Shown here: piece by piece, positions 1 to 11,445 of the stretch
How the letters are laid out: each line of letters begins with the position of its first letter
Numbering within the stretch: the stretch's first letter is position 1
DNA from: Lama guanicoe
Taxonomy: Eukaryota
Reading direction: 5' to 3'
DNA length: 64,000 nt
NCBI GenBank assembly: GCA_013239625.1
Contig: MU054323.1
Location: forward strand, 18,432,819 to 18,496,818
Position numbers and translations under genes: made by a program
The notes under the pieces: model-generated
Databases searched by the model: none
What the model was told of the DNA's origin: nothing
Seen by the model: the letters and a program-made list of their open reading frames with translations, nothing else

Positions 1-334
1 AAATATGTTGAAACAAAATACTGAATATAAAAGATTTGTTATCTTATATACAAAATTCAAACAGTTGTTTTAAAGCAAACAGAAAAAAGTAAAAATTTGC
101 CTCTCTATAGGAATAAGTTAATTCATGGAGAACTCAGCAAAACTGAAGTTATTAAGGCTAAGATTTTCATTTGTAAGAAACCCACCCCTTAATATCCATT
201 CAGGGTACAGATTCCTAAATTCTACTTCTGATTCCTTTTTATTTCTCTGTTTTACCAAATCAAATGAAATGAAAGACAAAGTTCTGCTAAAAGTATTCAA
301 TACAAATGAAACAGCCTAGTCATTGTAATTAATT

Positions 335-797
335 GTGTTTGCTGTCAAGCTGGATAGCTCCATGTGGTGTTCTACATTTAGTCCTGTTAATTTTCCTTAT
401 TTTATTTTTGACTCATTTTGTTTGTTGTTTGTCGATACTGAAACCATCATATGCTGCCTTTGCTCTATCTTCTTCCTTTTTGTCATCAACAGGTTCATTA
501 ATTATCCTGTATTTTCACCCACGTAGCTGACAAAGTGTCAGACCTCTCTCCAAGGACTCTTCTACGCCACTCCACTAGAGTCTCCCTTTGGCCAAGCTGA
601 CGTCAAGCACTACTCTTTGATGGCTATTACTTAATGGCTGCATAATCCAGCCTTCTTTGACCTCCTATGTCTTTGTCTTGGCATGTGAATATGATGAAAG
701 CTTTTCTCAAATGTCTTGTTGAAGTGAAAGCACAGGATACTCATGGTATTTTTGTGGTCTTACGACTAGGAACTATGTCAAAAGACAGAAATAGACA
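335..797 (-). mobile_element. L3/CR1 LINE fragment (RT region), ancient
   Basis: 700-795 (CTTTTCTCAAATGTCTTGTTGAAGTGAAAGCACAGGATAC...ACTATGTCAAAAGACAGAAAT) resembles the antisense of the CR1 segment encoding LISFFDRVT...VYLDFSKAFDKV; left boundary approximate. Confidence 0.6.
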
Positions 798-2024
798 GTG
801 AATTCCTTGAGGGCAGACACCGTATCCTATCCATTCCTGGGTTCCCAGTTTCAGACCCAGTAACTCCATGACATGTAAGTATATGCTCCATAATTATTTA
901 TTGGGAGTGTCATATTTTTGAAGAAGTTGCTTTGTGGTCCTAGCTATGCCCGATTCTTGCTCCAAGAATCTGGGTTCTAAATCTGAAACAAAAAAGTGCT
1001 AAAAAGTTCTAAGGTGCCTTTCAGGTACAAACTTCCATCTAGAGCAATCACTCCTTACTTTGTAACAAAGTGGAGTGATGACCCATTTCCCCTAACTCTA
1101 TTTAGTTTTCTGAAATTCAAAATATATATAATTTAGTAGGTCACTACATCCTGAGACAAAAGCGGTGTGTTGTTTCCACATTGTGTAAAGCAAATACTTA
1201 ATCATATTTAATTAAATATGGTTATAACATTAATCATATCTAATTTAATATTGACTAGAGACTCAGTATGATGCCAACCATTTGTAAGTTTGGAAAAATA
1301 ACACAGGCTGAAGTTTTCATCCACCTGTTTAACATATGTAAATATGCACCCCAAACCTCAAAACACTCTGTTGGAAGAGCAGTAATCTTAGCATTAGTAG
1401 ATTGACAGTTCTGGGGAATGAATGAACCTTTAATGACTCATCTGCAATAGGTCCTTCCAAGAGGAAGGGCTACTATTTTAATATGTTAAACTGAAGAATT
1501 CCATGACAACTAAGAGAAAGATGCATGACTTACATGTTAGCTTCATACAGACTAAGAGAATTACGACATACATATTCTAAAAAACCCTAGTGTCTCCATT
1601 TGCTGTGGCTAATTAGTGTGTGGGTAATAGAAATGGGGCACACACATCAAACACAAATTGGCTACTTTGTCCCACAAATTGCTTCCACCTGCCTCCTACT
1701 GGGAGTCACACTGACTTCTTGGCCATTTTCTTCCCATAAATGGATTTGGTTATAGGATTGGAAAATTGAGTATGCTGTGTTTTCAGCAGCTTTAGTTTCA
1801 TGGGGTTTATGAATGAAATCTACTGTTTTTACTAAAAAGAGCAACTTACCAAGCGATTTGGTGGATGAGGGGGTTATTGAGACACATGGGGAATGGATGG
1901 AGGTGTTAATTTCAGGGGGAAAAACATACACAGAAAATATTCAACTTCTGCTGTCCCTCAAGGTGATGAATTAGTTTAATCTTTTTAGATTAGTTCCAGA
2001 TAAGTTCTACCACATTTCTTCTAC

Positions 2025-2220
2025 TTAAAAAGAATTTAAAAGGCTATGGTTTCAACACTATGGTCAACGTTAAACTCTCATAATGGTGGGAACTTGTGTA
2101 CTCGGGAGCACTATTGTAAGGATGATGTGGGAGAGGGCACAAGAAAGCGCACTGAAGACAATAAAAACTTAATATGATTGTAGAGTACTATCACTGTTGG
2201 CGAAATAAAATAGATGATTG
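2025..2220 (+). mobile_element. Degenerate RTE-clade LINE RT fragment (L4/RTE-X or MamRTE-like)
   Basis: Allowing frameshifts it reads K-A-M-V..M-V-N-x-K-T-L..M-V-G..V-Y-L-G-S-T-I-x-K-D-D...R-K-R, the order of the RTE RT motifs KTKVM / VxxFxYLGS / RI; core GTGTACTCGGGAGCACTATT at 2096-2115. Confidence 0.5.
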
Positions 2221-3499
2221 TGTATTTTAGAATTGTTCCTCAAGAACACTCAGAATAAATGACTTAAATGGTCACATAACTATTCAGTTAGTCCATATTC
2301 TGCCCTGGGCTTCATGCCTCCTGTATCCCCCAACCCTGCCCCATACAAGGAGTAAGGAGAGTGGCAATGAACTTGGATCCACTGGAGGCAGAGGTATGGA
2401 CTACTCAAAGAGTAAGAAAAAACAAAGTTCCAGACTCTTAATTCTCCAGCAAGGCAGCTACTCGCGGCGTCTCTCACCAGGTGACCTGGATTCAAGGCTG
2501 GCTGGCACAGCCTCGCCCGCCTCTCTGGGCGACAGAGCCAAGTGAGATTAGACTGTTATGCTGCACCTACCACCTAACGTTTCTGCGGCTCTATGTCACA
2601 AATAATTTGTTTCTACATATTCTGCCATCAGAATCCCAGGAATGATGTCCATACTCATTATCCATGAAGGAAGCTGATTGCCTGAGTGGTTTGCCTGCTC
2701 TAAGGAGAGTGGGGGAAAACTCTTAAAGACACTTTTAGCCACAAGATTGCACTGTCAGCATTCAGACTCTCCTCCTTTCCTCCTCTCTCTTTCCCTTATT
2801 CACGAAGAGAAACTGTAGATAAACTCATTCCCTGCTCAGATGGTTCATCTTGAATTAAGAGCCCTGGAACATCGGTCAAGCCCGTTCTGAAACTGGATGT
2901 GACATGGAGAAGGGAAGGGAGAAGGAAGAAAGTGGCAAACTGCTGCTCACTTCTCAGGAAGGGGAGCTGCTGAGGTCATCTGGACACATCTGGACTTGCA
3001 AGGGTGATGATCCAGGGAATTTGGGAACTGGCTTCTTGCCTGCATCCTTCCTCGCCTTCAAGTCCATCACTCTATACTGTGCCTGCAAGATCTTCCCTTC
3101 TGCCTCTGCCCAGACATCCTCCCCAGGGCAAACACAGTTGGGTGGAAGAGGGTTTCAGCACAGTAAGTGCTGGGCCATAATCTATGCCCATGAGAAAAAG
3201 AAACTGAGTAACTTGCCAAGGCATGGTGCTTCCTTCATGCTAATCAGTTGAGGGCAATGATGACAGAGTAGTGGCTAAATCTCCAGAAGAATCTCCCTGC
3301 GAGCATTCCTGAGCCTTCTGCTCACATAGACACCTCCATCACAATCCTGGCCCTTGGGAAAGAAGTGAGCACATAGCACAGCTCCAATACCTCCAAAGGG
3401 GGAAGGCATAACACCTACTACTTGCTTTGGTGACAAACATGGAAAACAAGCATAGTTTTTAATTCCCCATGCACCAATTAGTCTAGGACATTTACGTTC

Positions 3500-3700
3500 C
3501 TCTCACAGATACCAGGCACATATTAAATAATGCCTCATCATCCTCCAAGCAATCCTGTGAAGTTGTCACTGGTATTACAACCCTTTTGCATATGAGAAAA
3601 CAGGCTTGGAGAAGTCACATAATGAACAGAAGATCATAGTACATTGCGGAGCCAGGATCTCCATTTGGCTCTAGATTCCAAAGCCTTTATGGTCCACTGC
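3500..3700 (-). mobile_element. MIR SINE
   Basis: Antisense MIR core CCCTTTTGCATATGAGAAAACAGGCTTGGAGAAG with typical flanks. Confidence 0.65.
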
Positions 3701-4287
3701 TTTGGAAAGCTGGGTGCATGAAATCTAGAATATTCTATTCCATAGAGAATATATTGTACATTTCTGGTTTATTTCCTTGGCTGAGTCACAATAAAGTGTT
3801 GTTTCAGCTCCTCAGAATAAAACTGGAACAAGATGTACACAATAGATTAGAATTCTTTGGAGCCCCACTGTACCCTTGTGAGCCCAGGAATTCTCTGCAG
3901 AGCAAACCTCGGACACAACCTCTGAGCCACAGCCCCCTGGGTTCTGAGTTTTGTCATCGCCAAATACATAGACCAAAGTACTGGGCAGGGGTAACCAACA
4001 CATCTCACACGGGTAGGTCAAGGCAACTCTGTTCATATTCAGAAAAATCAATATTTAACCATCCTTTTTGAGTATAGGAATTTTTCAAAGTGAAGAGAAA
4101 TAGGAAAATGTGATTGACGATCCCTACAATTTTGTGGGAACAGAGGATGGAAGGAGGTCAAGGAAGTTCATCTGGCAGAGAGTAGTGTGGTCCATCTTCA
4201 CATCCTGCCTCTTGCACCAAACAAGCTCCATGACTCTGGACAATAACAACAATAAAAACAGTGGTAACAGAGTGGTTGGAGTAGGGT

Positions 4288-4424
4288 GGGGGAGGGTATA
4301 GCTCAGTGGTAGAGCACATGCTCAGCATGCACGAAGTCCTGGGTTCAATCCCCAGTACCTCCATAAAAAAACAAACAAACAAACAAAAAAAACCTAATTA
4401 CCTCCCTCCCAAAAAACAACAACG
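4288..4424 (+). mobile_element. tRNA-Ala(AGC)-derived camelid SINE (vic-1 type)
   Basis: GGGGAGGGTATAGCTCAGTGGTAGAG...GGTTCAATCCCCAGTACCTCCA head with A and B boxes, A-rich linker, CCTAATTACCTCCC motif and A tail; degenerate TSD 4256-4267/4425-4436. Confidence 0.92.
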
Positions 4425-4436
4425 AAATAGTGATAA

Positions 4437-4680
4437 GCTTTGTTCATTGCATTCTACATGTTAAGAATTTGCTAAGTGCTTTACACGTATTATTCCTTTT
4501 AAGATTTAGAATAACCCTATAAACTAGATGTCATGAGGCCCCTTCTTAGAGATAAAGATACTAAGTTCAGGGGAGTTGGTATAACTTGCCCAGGACCACA
4601 AAGCTAGTTAGTGGCTAGGTTAGTAATAGAACATAAGTAAGAATCCAACATCCAAAAGTAAGACCTTTAGGCTACTCTGT
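4437..4680 (-). mobile_element. MIR SINE (host of the 4288 SINE)
   Basis: GCTAAGTGCTTTACACGTATTATT...ATAACTTGCCCAGGACCACAAAGCTAGTTAGTGGC. Confidence 0.7.
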
Positions 4681-5359
4681 CGTTCAAAGTCTCTGTTTCT
4701 TTATCCAGAAAATTCTGAACGTGGGCCAGAGGATCTGAAAAGTGCTTGTCTGCCTAGCTTTGGGAGTCCATGGAGATCTCAACATCCAAAAGAAGCAAAA
4801 CCAATCAGGCGTTTTCAATTTCTCCCTTTCTTGTATACAGTGAGCACCAGCAACACTAAGTGAATCTGTGTACTGTGACTACACCCTGTCAGAATCTGAT
4901 TTATTTGGGACAAGTGGCTGTTTCCAGAAGTGTAATTCTCAGCTGACCCCACGATGCTATGTTGTTCCAGTTTAAAAATTTTGCACCGTTCCAGACTCCC
5001 CCATCCTCCCAACATCAGGAAAGAACTTTTCCCAAAAAGAATGAAATTTTACTTCAAGTGTCATTACCTGCTTAGCTGCAAACCTGCTCATCACATTCAG
5101 AGTCTCATCAGTGGACAGAGTTCTCAGGGGGCCAAACACTAGGGCTGGGGGAGTGGAAGGAGGAGATACTGTTTAGGCACCGACTGATATTTTCAGTGTA
5201 AGATGGACTGCATAGGCAGTGTACACCGAGTTCTGGCAAGTGCAGCCATGTCAAAAGATGCTGCACTAACTCGGCTTTGCCTTTCTTGAACCATCTCAAG
5301 TTTGGGGGATCTCTAGTATCTGGTGGCCTACATTTGTGCTCCTAAAGGTGTGGGAGGAA

Positions 5360-5530
5360 GAGAAAAGCACATGTGGTAACGACTTCCTGTGCAAAGCCTG
5401 GTCATAATCTGAAAGGAAGTCATGGAAACCATTCAGAAGCATAATTTGCTATAAATACATACGCTGGGGAACTCACTGGTGAGTTCCCAGAAGATGAAGC
5501 AACTTGTCTTTTTAACAACAGGAAGGGATT
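5360..5530. promoter_or_regulatory. Candidate RUNX/ETS enhancer or minor promoter
   Basis: TGTGGT, ACTTCCTGT, AGGAAGT and CAGGAAG within ~160 bp of unique sequence; TATAAATA at 5450-5457; palindrome at 5464-5490. Confidence 0.3.
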
Positions 5531-6673
5531 CTGGGTTTTCCAGACCTCCTGTTCAAGTCTGAGATAAGTCTGAGACAGAGACAATGGCGGAAGCTAATCT
5601 GGGGAGGGAGTGAAGACCAGTTACTGTGCTAAGGGACAGGGCTGTCCGTCCAACCACAGTCTGGGCAGCTGACAACCCTCCTTCACCTTCCAGAGCAAGT
5701 GAAATGTTCCAGGCCACTGTTAGGATGTCACCAGAACCCTGAACAGCAAGATGTATTTGACCAAGAGAGCTTGGTTAAGTCAAGAGCTCCTTAAAAAAAC
5801 TCCAGCAGCTTTCAAACCAGTGCACAAATCAAAGTCCTTTAATAGCTCTCATAACCTTTATGAGAGATGCAGCGGTAGTATCCTGACAACAGGCAAACAC
5901 AGAAGGGCTCTAGGAAACCTGACAAATGCTATCAGGAACGGAGTCCTCTGAGATTTCCTTCCTCTGGTTTGTATTTGCCCTTTTGCTCCAATTTTCAATC
6001 CATGTGATCCTTCGTGAAGGAAATCACGGGCAGGATGCTGGACTAGCGATTTTCAGTATCCAGATTCCAGACGTATCAGTCTGCTACAGACAGAACTCAA
6101 ATCCAAGGCATTCCTGGAATCCCCTTGTTAATTACCACATTATCAAGTCCTGGAAGGACTGCGCGCTATTGTATAAGGATTCCGAGTAACTCGATTCCCC
6201 TAATGAACTCGAGCCACCCAGACAATGGAATGAACGGCCTGTAGCCAGTCTGGGCTGCTGCCTCTCACCCCCGCAGTCTCAGAGCCTTGGCCTCTCCCAG
6301 GTTTGGCATGCGGCCTGTCCTTTCCCACTGTCAGCCTCCTTGGCGCTGCCTGGCAGCCTTCTGCTTTGACATGGGCTGCGCAGAGTCTTGTCCTACCCTT
6401 TTCCTTGTGCTACAAGTGTCTGCTGGTTCATCACCACCACAGCCTTCTAGTCCATGGGTTCTGCCTTGTTTTGTCTGGGTCACCAGCTGTGGCTAGGTGG
6501 CCCCCAACTCCAGCTGTTCTCTGGGCTACCGCCTTGCTCACCTAGACTGTGTGCGCCAGAGCTGAACCCAGGTGGTGTTGCTTGGCTCATCGCTGCCCGG
6601 TGAACTTGGACCTTGGCTTCGGAGCATCTTCAGCCTATCCACTCCATCCACTAAACTCTAAAACCCTTTGGGT

Positions 6674-6827
6674 CGGTGCTTCTCCACTTTAACATGTGTA
6701 TGAATCACCAGAAGATTTTGTTAAAATGCAGATTCTGTTTCAGCAGATCTGGAGTAGGGCTTGCAGTTCTAACAACTTTCCAGGTGACAGTAACTCTGCA
6801 GGTCCAGGGCCAAACAGGAGTAGCAAA
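6674..6827 (-). mobile_element. MER5A1-like hAT-Charlie MITE
   Basis: GTGCTTCTCCACTTTAACATGTGTATGAATCACC...TTGTTAAAATGCAGATTCTG...GAGTAGCAA follows the recalled MER5A1 antisense consensus end to end. Confidence 0.8.
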
Positions 6828-6918
6828 TCTCCAGGAAAGGGGCTTTACCCTATTCGTCTTGCATTCCTGCAATTTCAACCTTATTATCACTGCCAGCATT
6901 TGGCAGAGGTCCTTCTAC

Positions 6919-6961
6919 AGTGGACCTCTAAGATGATCCTAGTGGACACTCTAAGATGATC
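6919..6961. repeat. ~22-bp tandem duplication
   Basis: AGTGGAC-CTCTAAGATGATC (6919-6938) and AGTGGACACTCTAAGATGATC (6941-6961). Confidence 0.9.
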
Positions 6962-6999
6962 ATGACACAGTTCCTGCCCTCAAGGCACATAGTCTGGGG

Positions 7000-7225
7000 G
7001 AGGGTTTCTTAACCTCAGTGCTAGTCACATTTGGTGCTGATCATTCTTTGTTCAGGGGCGGGGGGAGGGGGCGGCTCTCTTGTGAATTAAAAGGTGTTTA
7101 GCAGCATCCCTGGCCTCTACCCATTAGATATCAGTAGCACTTGCCCAGATGTGGCAATAAAAATGTCTCTGGGCATTGCCAGATGTTCCCTGGGGGGCAA
7201 AATTGCCCCTGGTTGAGAATCACTG
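7000..7225 (-). mobile_element. MER20 hAT-Charlie MITE, full length, inserted in an L2 fragment
   Basis: TIRs AGGGTTTCTTAACC / GGTTGAGAATCACTG; internal TTTAGCAGCATCCCTGGCCTCTACCCATTAGAT; 8-bp TSD GTCTGGGG/GTCTAGGA. Confidence 0.9.
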
Positions 7226-9125
7226 GTCTAGGAGGGAGACAGACATGTAAATCAATAACTGAAATGAAGGATCAAGTTGCAGAGCCGGGAAAAAGGATCA
7301 CTAACATTTCAGAGTGTGTGATGAGCACGGGCACATAGTAAGGGCTCAAGTAAAGCTGGTTAGAAAAACACATGAACTGCCGATGTCCTCATGTTCCCTG
7401 GTAACGATAACAATTTACCTTTCTGGCCTCATCTAGAGGAAGTGACACTTGCAGATGCCAAAGATAAACATTAACTACTTCACTGACATAATGAATTTCC
7501 GTGGATGTATTTACCAGGCTCGTTATGAGGAAAGAAAGACAGCTTATCTTACAGAATAATTCAGACGGAGTGTAACTATTTCTAAGAAAAATGAGGCCCT
7601 TACAATAATAAGGAACATTTTTTAAAAGGAAGTTTGTACTGCTTTTTTGACATGCTATGCACACTCGGAAAAGGACACAAAGGAGTGTGTGTACGTAGAA
7701 CTCGGTAAATGAATTCAAGCAGAATGGTGCATTTGGGAGCCGGGCTCACCTCAAGGCAGGCTCTCAAGCAGCTGCGTCTTTTTCCCTACAGGTTTGTGAG
7801 GATGGATGCATTTCCAAGGCCCCTTTTACTCTGAGATGCTCGTGCTTCCACACAAGTGCGTCTGACATCTGACCAGGGATCCACAGCCAGCCAGCCAGCC
7901 AGCAGATAAGCTTGGGGAACCAAGTAAGACGGATGCCAGGGAGAGTCCACGTTTATGGGATGGAGGGACGAGGAGCCGAGCTGTGGGGCTGTGGTCTGAG
8001 CATCAGATCGTAGAGCGAAGATAAGTACTGTTAGCATTTGGGCTCACTTAACGGAGGTCACAAGTTGAAGGAGTTTAAATTGTATTCGGATATGGAGGCA
8101 AGGAAGACAGAAGAGTGTGAGTGTGAAACTGAGCAAGAAGTCTGATTGGAGAATCCCCAGGGGCAAGGGCATTTGAGGACACATAAAAAGGAGAGAGACG
8201 GAGAAGGGGGTGCGCAGCATGGAACACTGCCGTGCAAACTTTTAGACATGGACGTGGTAGATGTTATTATCCTGTAACATTCTGCAAATGGAAGCCAAAA
8301 ATAGGCCCACGGGGAAAGTTCTTGGAACTATATACCGATTGGACTGGAATACTCACAGTTGCCAAAGGAAAGTGTGACACTCAGTTCCATTGCCAAAGTC
8401 TGTAGGCCTTTGCCCAAATAATGGCAAACCTTTCCTTTCCGAATACGGTTTCGTAATTTTAGCCCTAGTGCCGGCTCCTGCACGGAGTGGAAAGCCGCAG
8501 GTCTGAAGTCAGGGCCAGGCTCCATGGATGGTTGGCTCCGGGAAACAACATTTTGGCTCTCATTTTCCTATCTAGAGAATGGGGAAGCTAATACTTTCCA
8601 TCAATCTAGGCTGAAGGAATATTGTGATGAGTCAGAAGACTAATCTCTGTTTTTTTTGTTTGTTTGTTTAATAAAGAGTGTTCCCACATTTACTGTAATA
8701 AAGGCTTTTTCAGTCCATAAATTGAAATAATCATGATACAAATAATTCAACTAAAAACCAAAAGCCCTTTAATAACACCCTCTTTGGGTTTTAGCACTAG
8801 AAATTGCCTAGAGGGTTTCCAGTCTCTGGTTCAGTTTCTCAGCACAGGCAGCCAAGGTTCCTGATTATCAGAAGTACCTGGTGGGTAACACACTTTGTTC
8901 AAATAATGAAACAAATTCACAAGTGTCAATTTAGGGAGCTTCCCCCTCTTCCATTGAGTTTGTCCTTTCAGTGGCATGGGATAACAGCGAAGGCTCTGGA
9001 ACTGTCCAGGAGGGAAAGTGGATAGTTAGTGCTGCAGTCTGCATTAGTGGCCACTGGCAGCACTGGGTTGTGATAATGTAACGTCCTGAGCAGCCAACTC
9101 TAGAGCCAGTTGCCAGTTCTGAGCC

Positions 9126-9626
9126 AATGGATAAAGAAGATGTGGTGTGTATATGTATATATATATACAATAGAATACTACTTAGCCATAAAAAAGAATG
9201 GAATAATGCCATTTGTAGCAACATGGATGGACCTACAGATTATCAGACTAAGTGAAAAAAGTCAAAGAAAGACTAACATCATATGATATCTCTTATATGT
9301 GGAATCTAAAAAAAATGACACAAATGAACTTATTTACAAACCAGAAATCGACTTACAGACATGGAAAACATACTACAGTTACCAAAGGGGAAAGGGTGGG
9401 GGAGGGATAAATTAGGAGTTTGGCATTAACAGGTACACATTACTGTGTATAAAACAGATAACAAGGACCTACTGTATAGCACAGGGAACTATATTCAATG
9501 TCTTGTAATAATCTATAATGGAAAGAATCTGAAAAAGAATATATATGTATATGTATAATTGAGTCACTTTGCTGCACATCCCAAAACTAATACAACATTG
9601 TAAATAAACTATACTTCAATATAAAA
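9126..9626 (+). mobile_element. L1 3' end (ORF2 C-terminus and 3'UTR), cetartiodactyl-type
   Basis: Decayed WIKKMW..EYYLAIKKNGIMPFVATWMDL; 3'UTR with ACAAGGACCTACTGTATAGCACAGGGAACTATATTCAAT and AACTATACTTCAAT-A end. Confidence 0.92.
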
Positions 9627-10274
9627 GAGCCAAAGAATGGCTGAAAGATTTGGAAAAAAAGAAATAAAATAATGAAATAAAGTAATGCAAATCAGAACAA
9701 ACACAATTCAAAAGTGCTTTGTTTCTCAAGCCTAAGAAACCCATTTGGAAGTTGCTCTTCCTCTGTGGTACTTGCCTTTCGCTAGTTTCATGATTTGCTG
9801 CCGTGACAATATCTTAATAATTCTTCCTGTGTTGAAAGGAGAAAGAATCGAAGTAGAATCATAGGAAACAGAATGGCAGCATGGCCATTGTACAGAACCG
9901 CCCAACTAGAGCTTCAATATCTGGATTCTCAATCAATCACCACCTTCCTGGATCATCCTGGACAAGTCTACCTCATCTTAGTTTCTTCTTCTGCAAAAGG
10001 ACCAGATCAAGCTAGACGCCTCTCCAATTGGCCATCAAGAGACAGAGAGGGTGGAGTGGAAGAGGCACAGGATACATCCGATGCAACATGTGATGGAAGT
10101 AACCAGTGGCTCCTCAGTTTGGGGGAGCCTGGATCATTTCTGCTGAGCAGCAAATAAGGGGAAGAACTTGGGAAGGGATGCTGTAAGGCCCTGAGCCACC
10201 AGGACTTCTGGGAGTCCTGACTAATATCCTAGTGCTGAAATTCACTCAGGAAGCAGAAGGAATTTCTCTGCTGG

Positions 10275-10327
10275 AAAAAAAATCAAAATGGAATGAAAAA
10301 AAATCAAAATGGAATAAAAAAAAAAAA
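10275..10327. repeat. 21-bp tandem duplication in an A-rich tract
   Basis: AAAAAAAATCAAAATGGAAT occurs twice, followed by an A run. Confidence 0.85.
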
Positions 10328-11129
10328 CCCTAAAAGTGTGCTGGGCTCACAATTATTTCTGATGGAGATCAGACACCTGGCTGATTAGCTCCACTGGGAT
10401 TGCTGCAGAGGGCAAAAGCTTTGTCATCCCATCCCTTTGAAGACATCTTTTCTCTGGAGGTCATTAAAAATAGGACAGACTCTCAGCAGGTAAGATGACG
10501 GGATATAAACCTGCCTGGGGGAATTGTATAGGAAAATATATTCCCCACAAATATCTGGGGCACTGGGTCCTGTGGGCAGTTGGGCTCCAAAGCTAACTGA
10601 AGATACTGACACGATGTTCACTCAACCTAAAACTCCTCTACGAAACAGTGAAATATCCAGTTGAATCAATTACTTTTGCAGGGGGAAAAAACACTAGTGA
10701 AATCCAGCTTGTTTTTGTTATTGTTGATGTTTCCTTTCTTTTTAAAACTGAATTTAGCTTTGGAGGGAACGGATACCAAAGTGAGAGCACTTCAGGCAAA
10801 AATCCCACTTCTCCCTTATTTACTGTCTTAGCCAAGGTGTGGTTTTTAATGTGTTTTAATGACAAGAACTACATTTTCAACCCAGGAATAAAGTTTGCAG
10901 ATATTTGCTGCAGCTCCTGCTGCTCTCTGCAGTGATCAAGGGGAACTCCTCCCCAGGGAGGACTTCCGGTTCTGGGAGGCACCCAGATAAAAAGCACCTG
11001 TGTTTTTGGCTGTACCTACATGGTCCCTACCATCTCCCTGAAATTGGTTATTGAAATATTCCCAAATGGCTAAGCAATTCATACTGTGTAAATAAATGAT
11101 TACTTGAATGTTTTACTTAGTCAATAAAT

Positions 11130-11445
11130 ATTTTTGAGCTGTAATTTATATACCATAAAATCTACCCTATTAAAGCATATAATTCAGTGGCTTTTAGTAT
11201 ATTCACAAGGTTGTGCAACCATCATCACTCTCTAATTCCAGAATATTTTAACCACCCAAAAAAGAAACCTTGTACCAATTACCAGTCACTGCCATTTCCC
11301 CCTCCCCCAGCCCCTGCCAATCACTAAGCTACTTTCTGTCTCTGTGAACTGGCTTATGTTGGATATTTCATATATATGGAATCATATGTATGTGGCCTCT
11401 GTAGCTGATTTCTTTCACTTAGCATAATGTTTTCAAGTTCATAGG
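11130..11445 (-). mobile_element. Old L1 (L1MB-like) 3' end
   Basis: AATTCAGTGGCTTTTAGTATATTCACAAGGTTGTGCAACCATCATCACT...CTTTCACTTAGCATAATGTTTTCAAG. Confidence 0.85.

Noticed and set aside
2525..2538. Alu-like 14-mer CTGGGCGACAGAGC
   Set aside because: No flanking Alu or 7SL similarity, and Alu is primate-specific; chance match.
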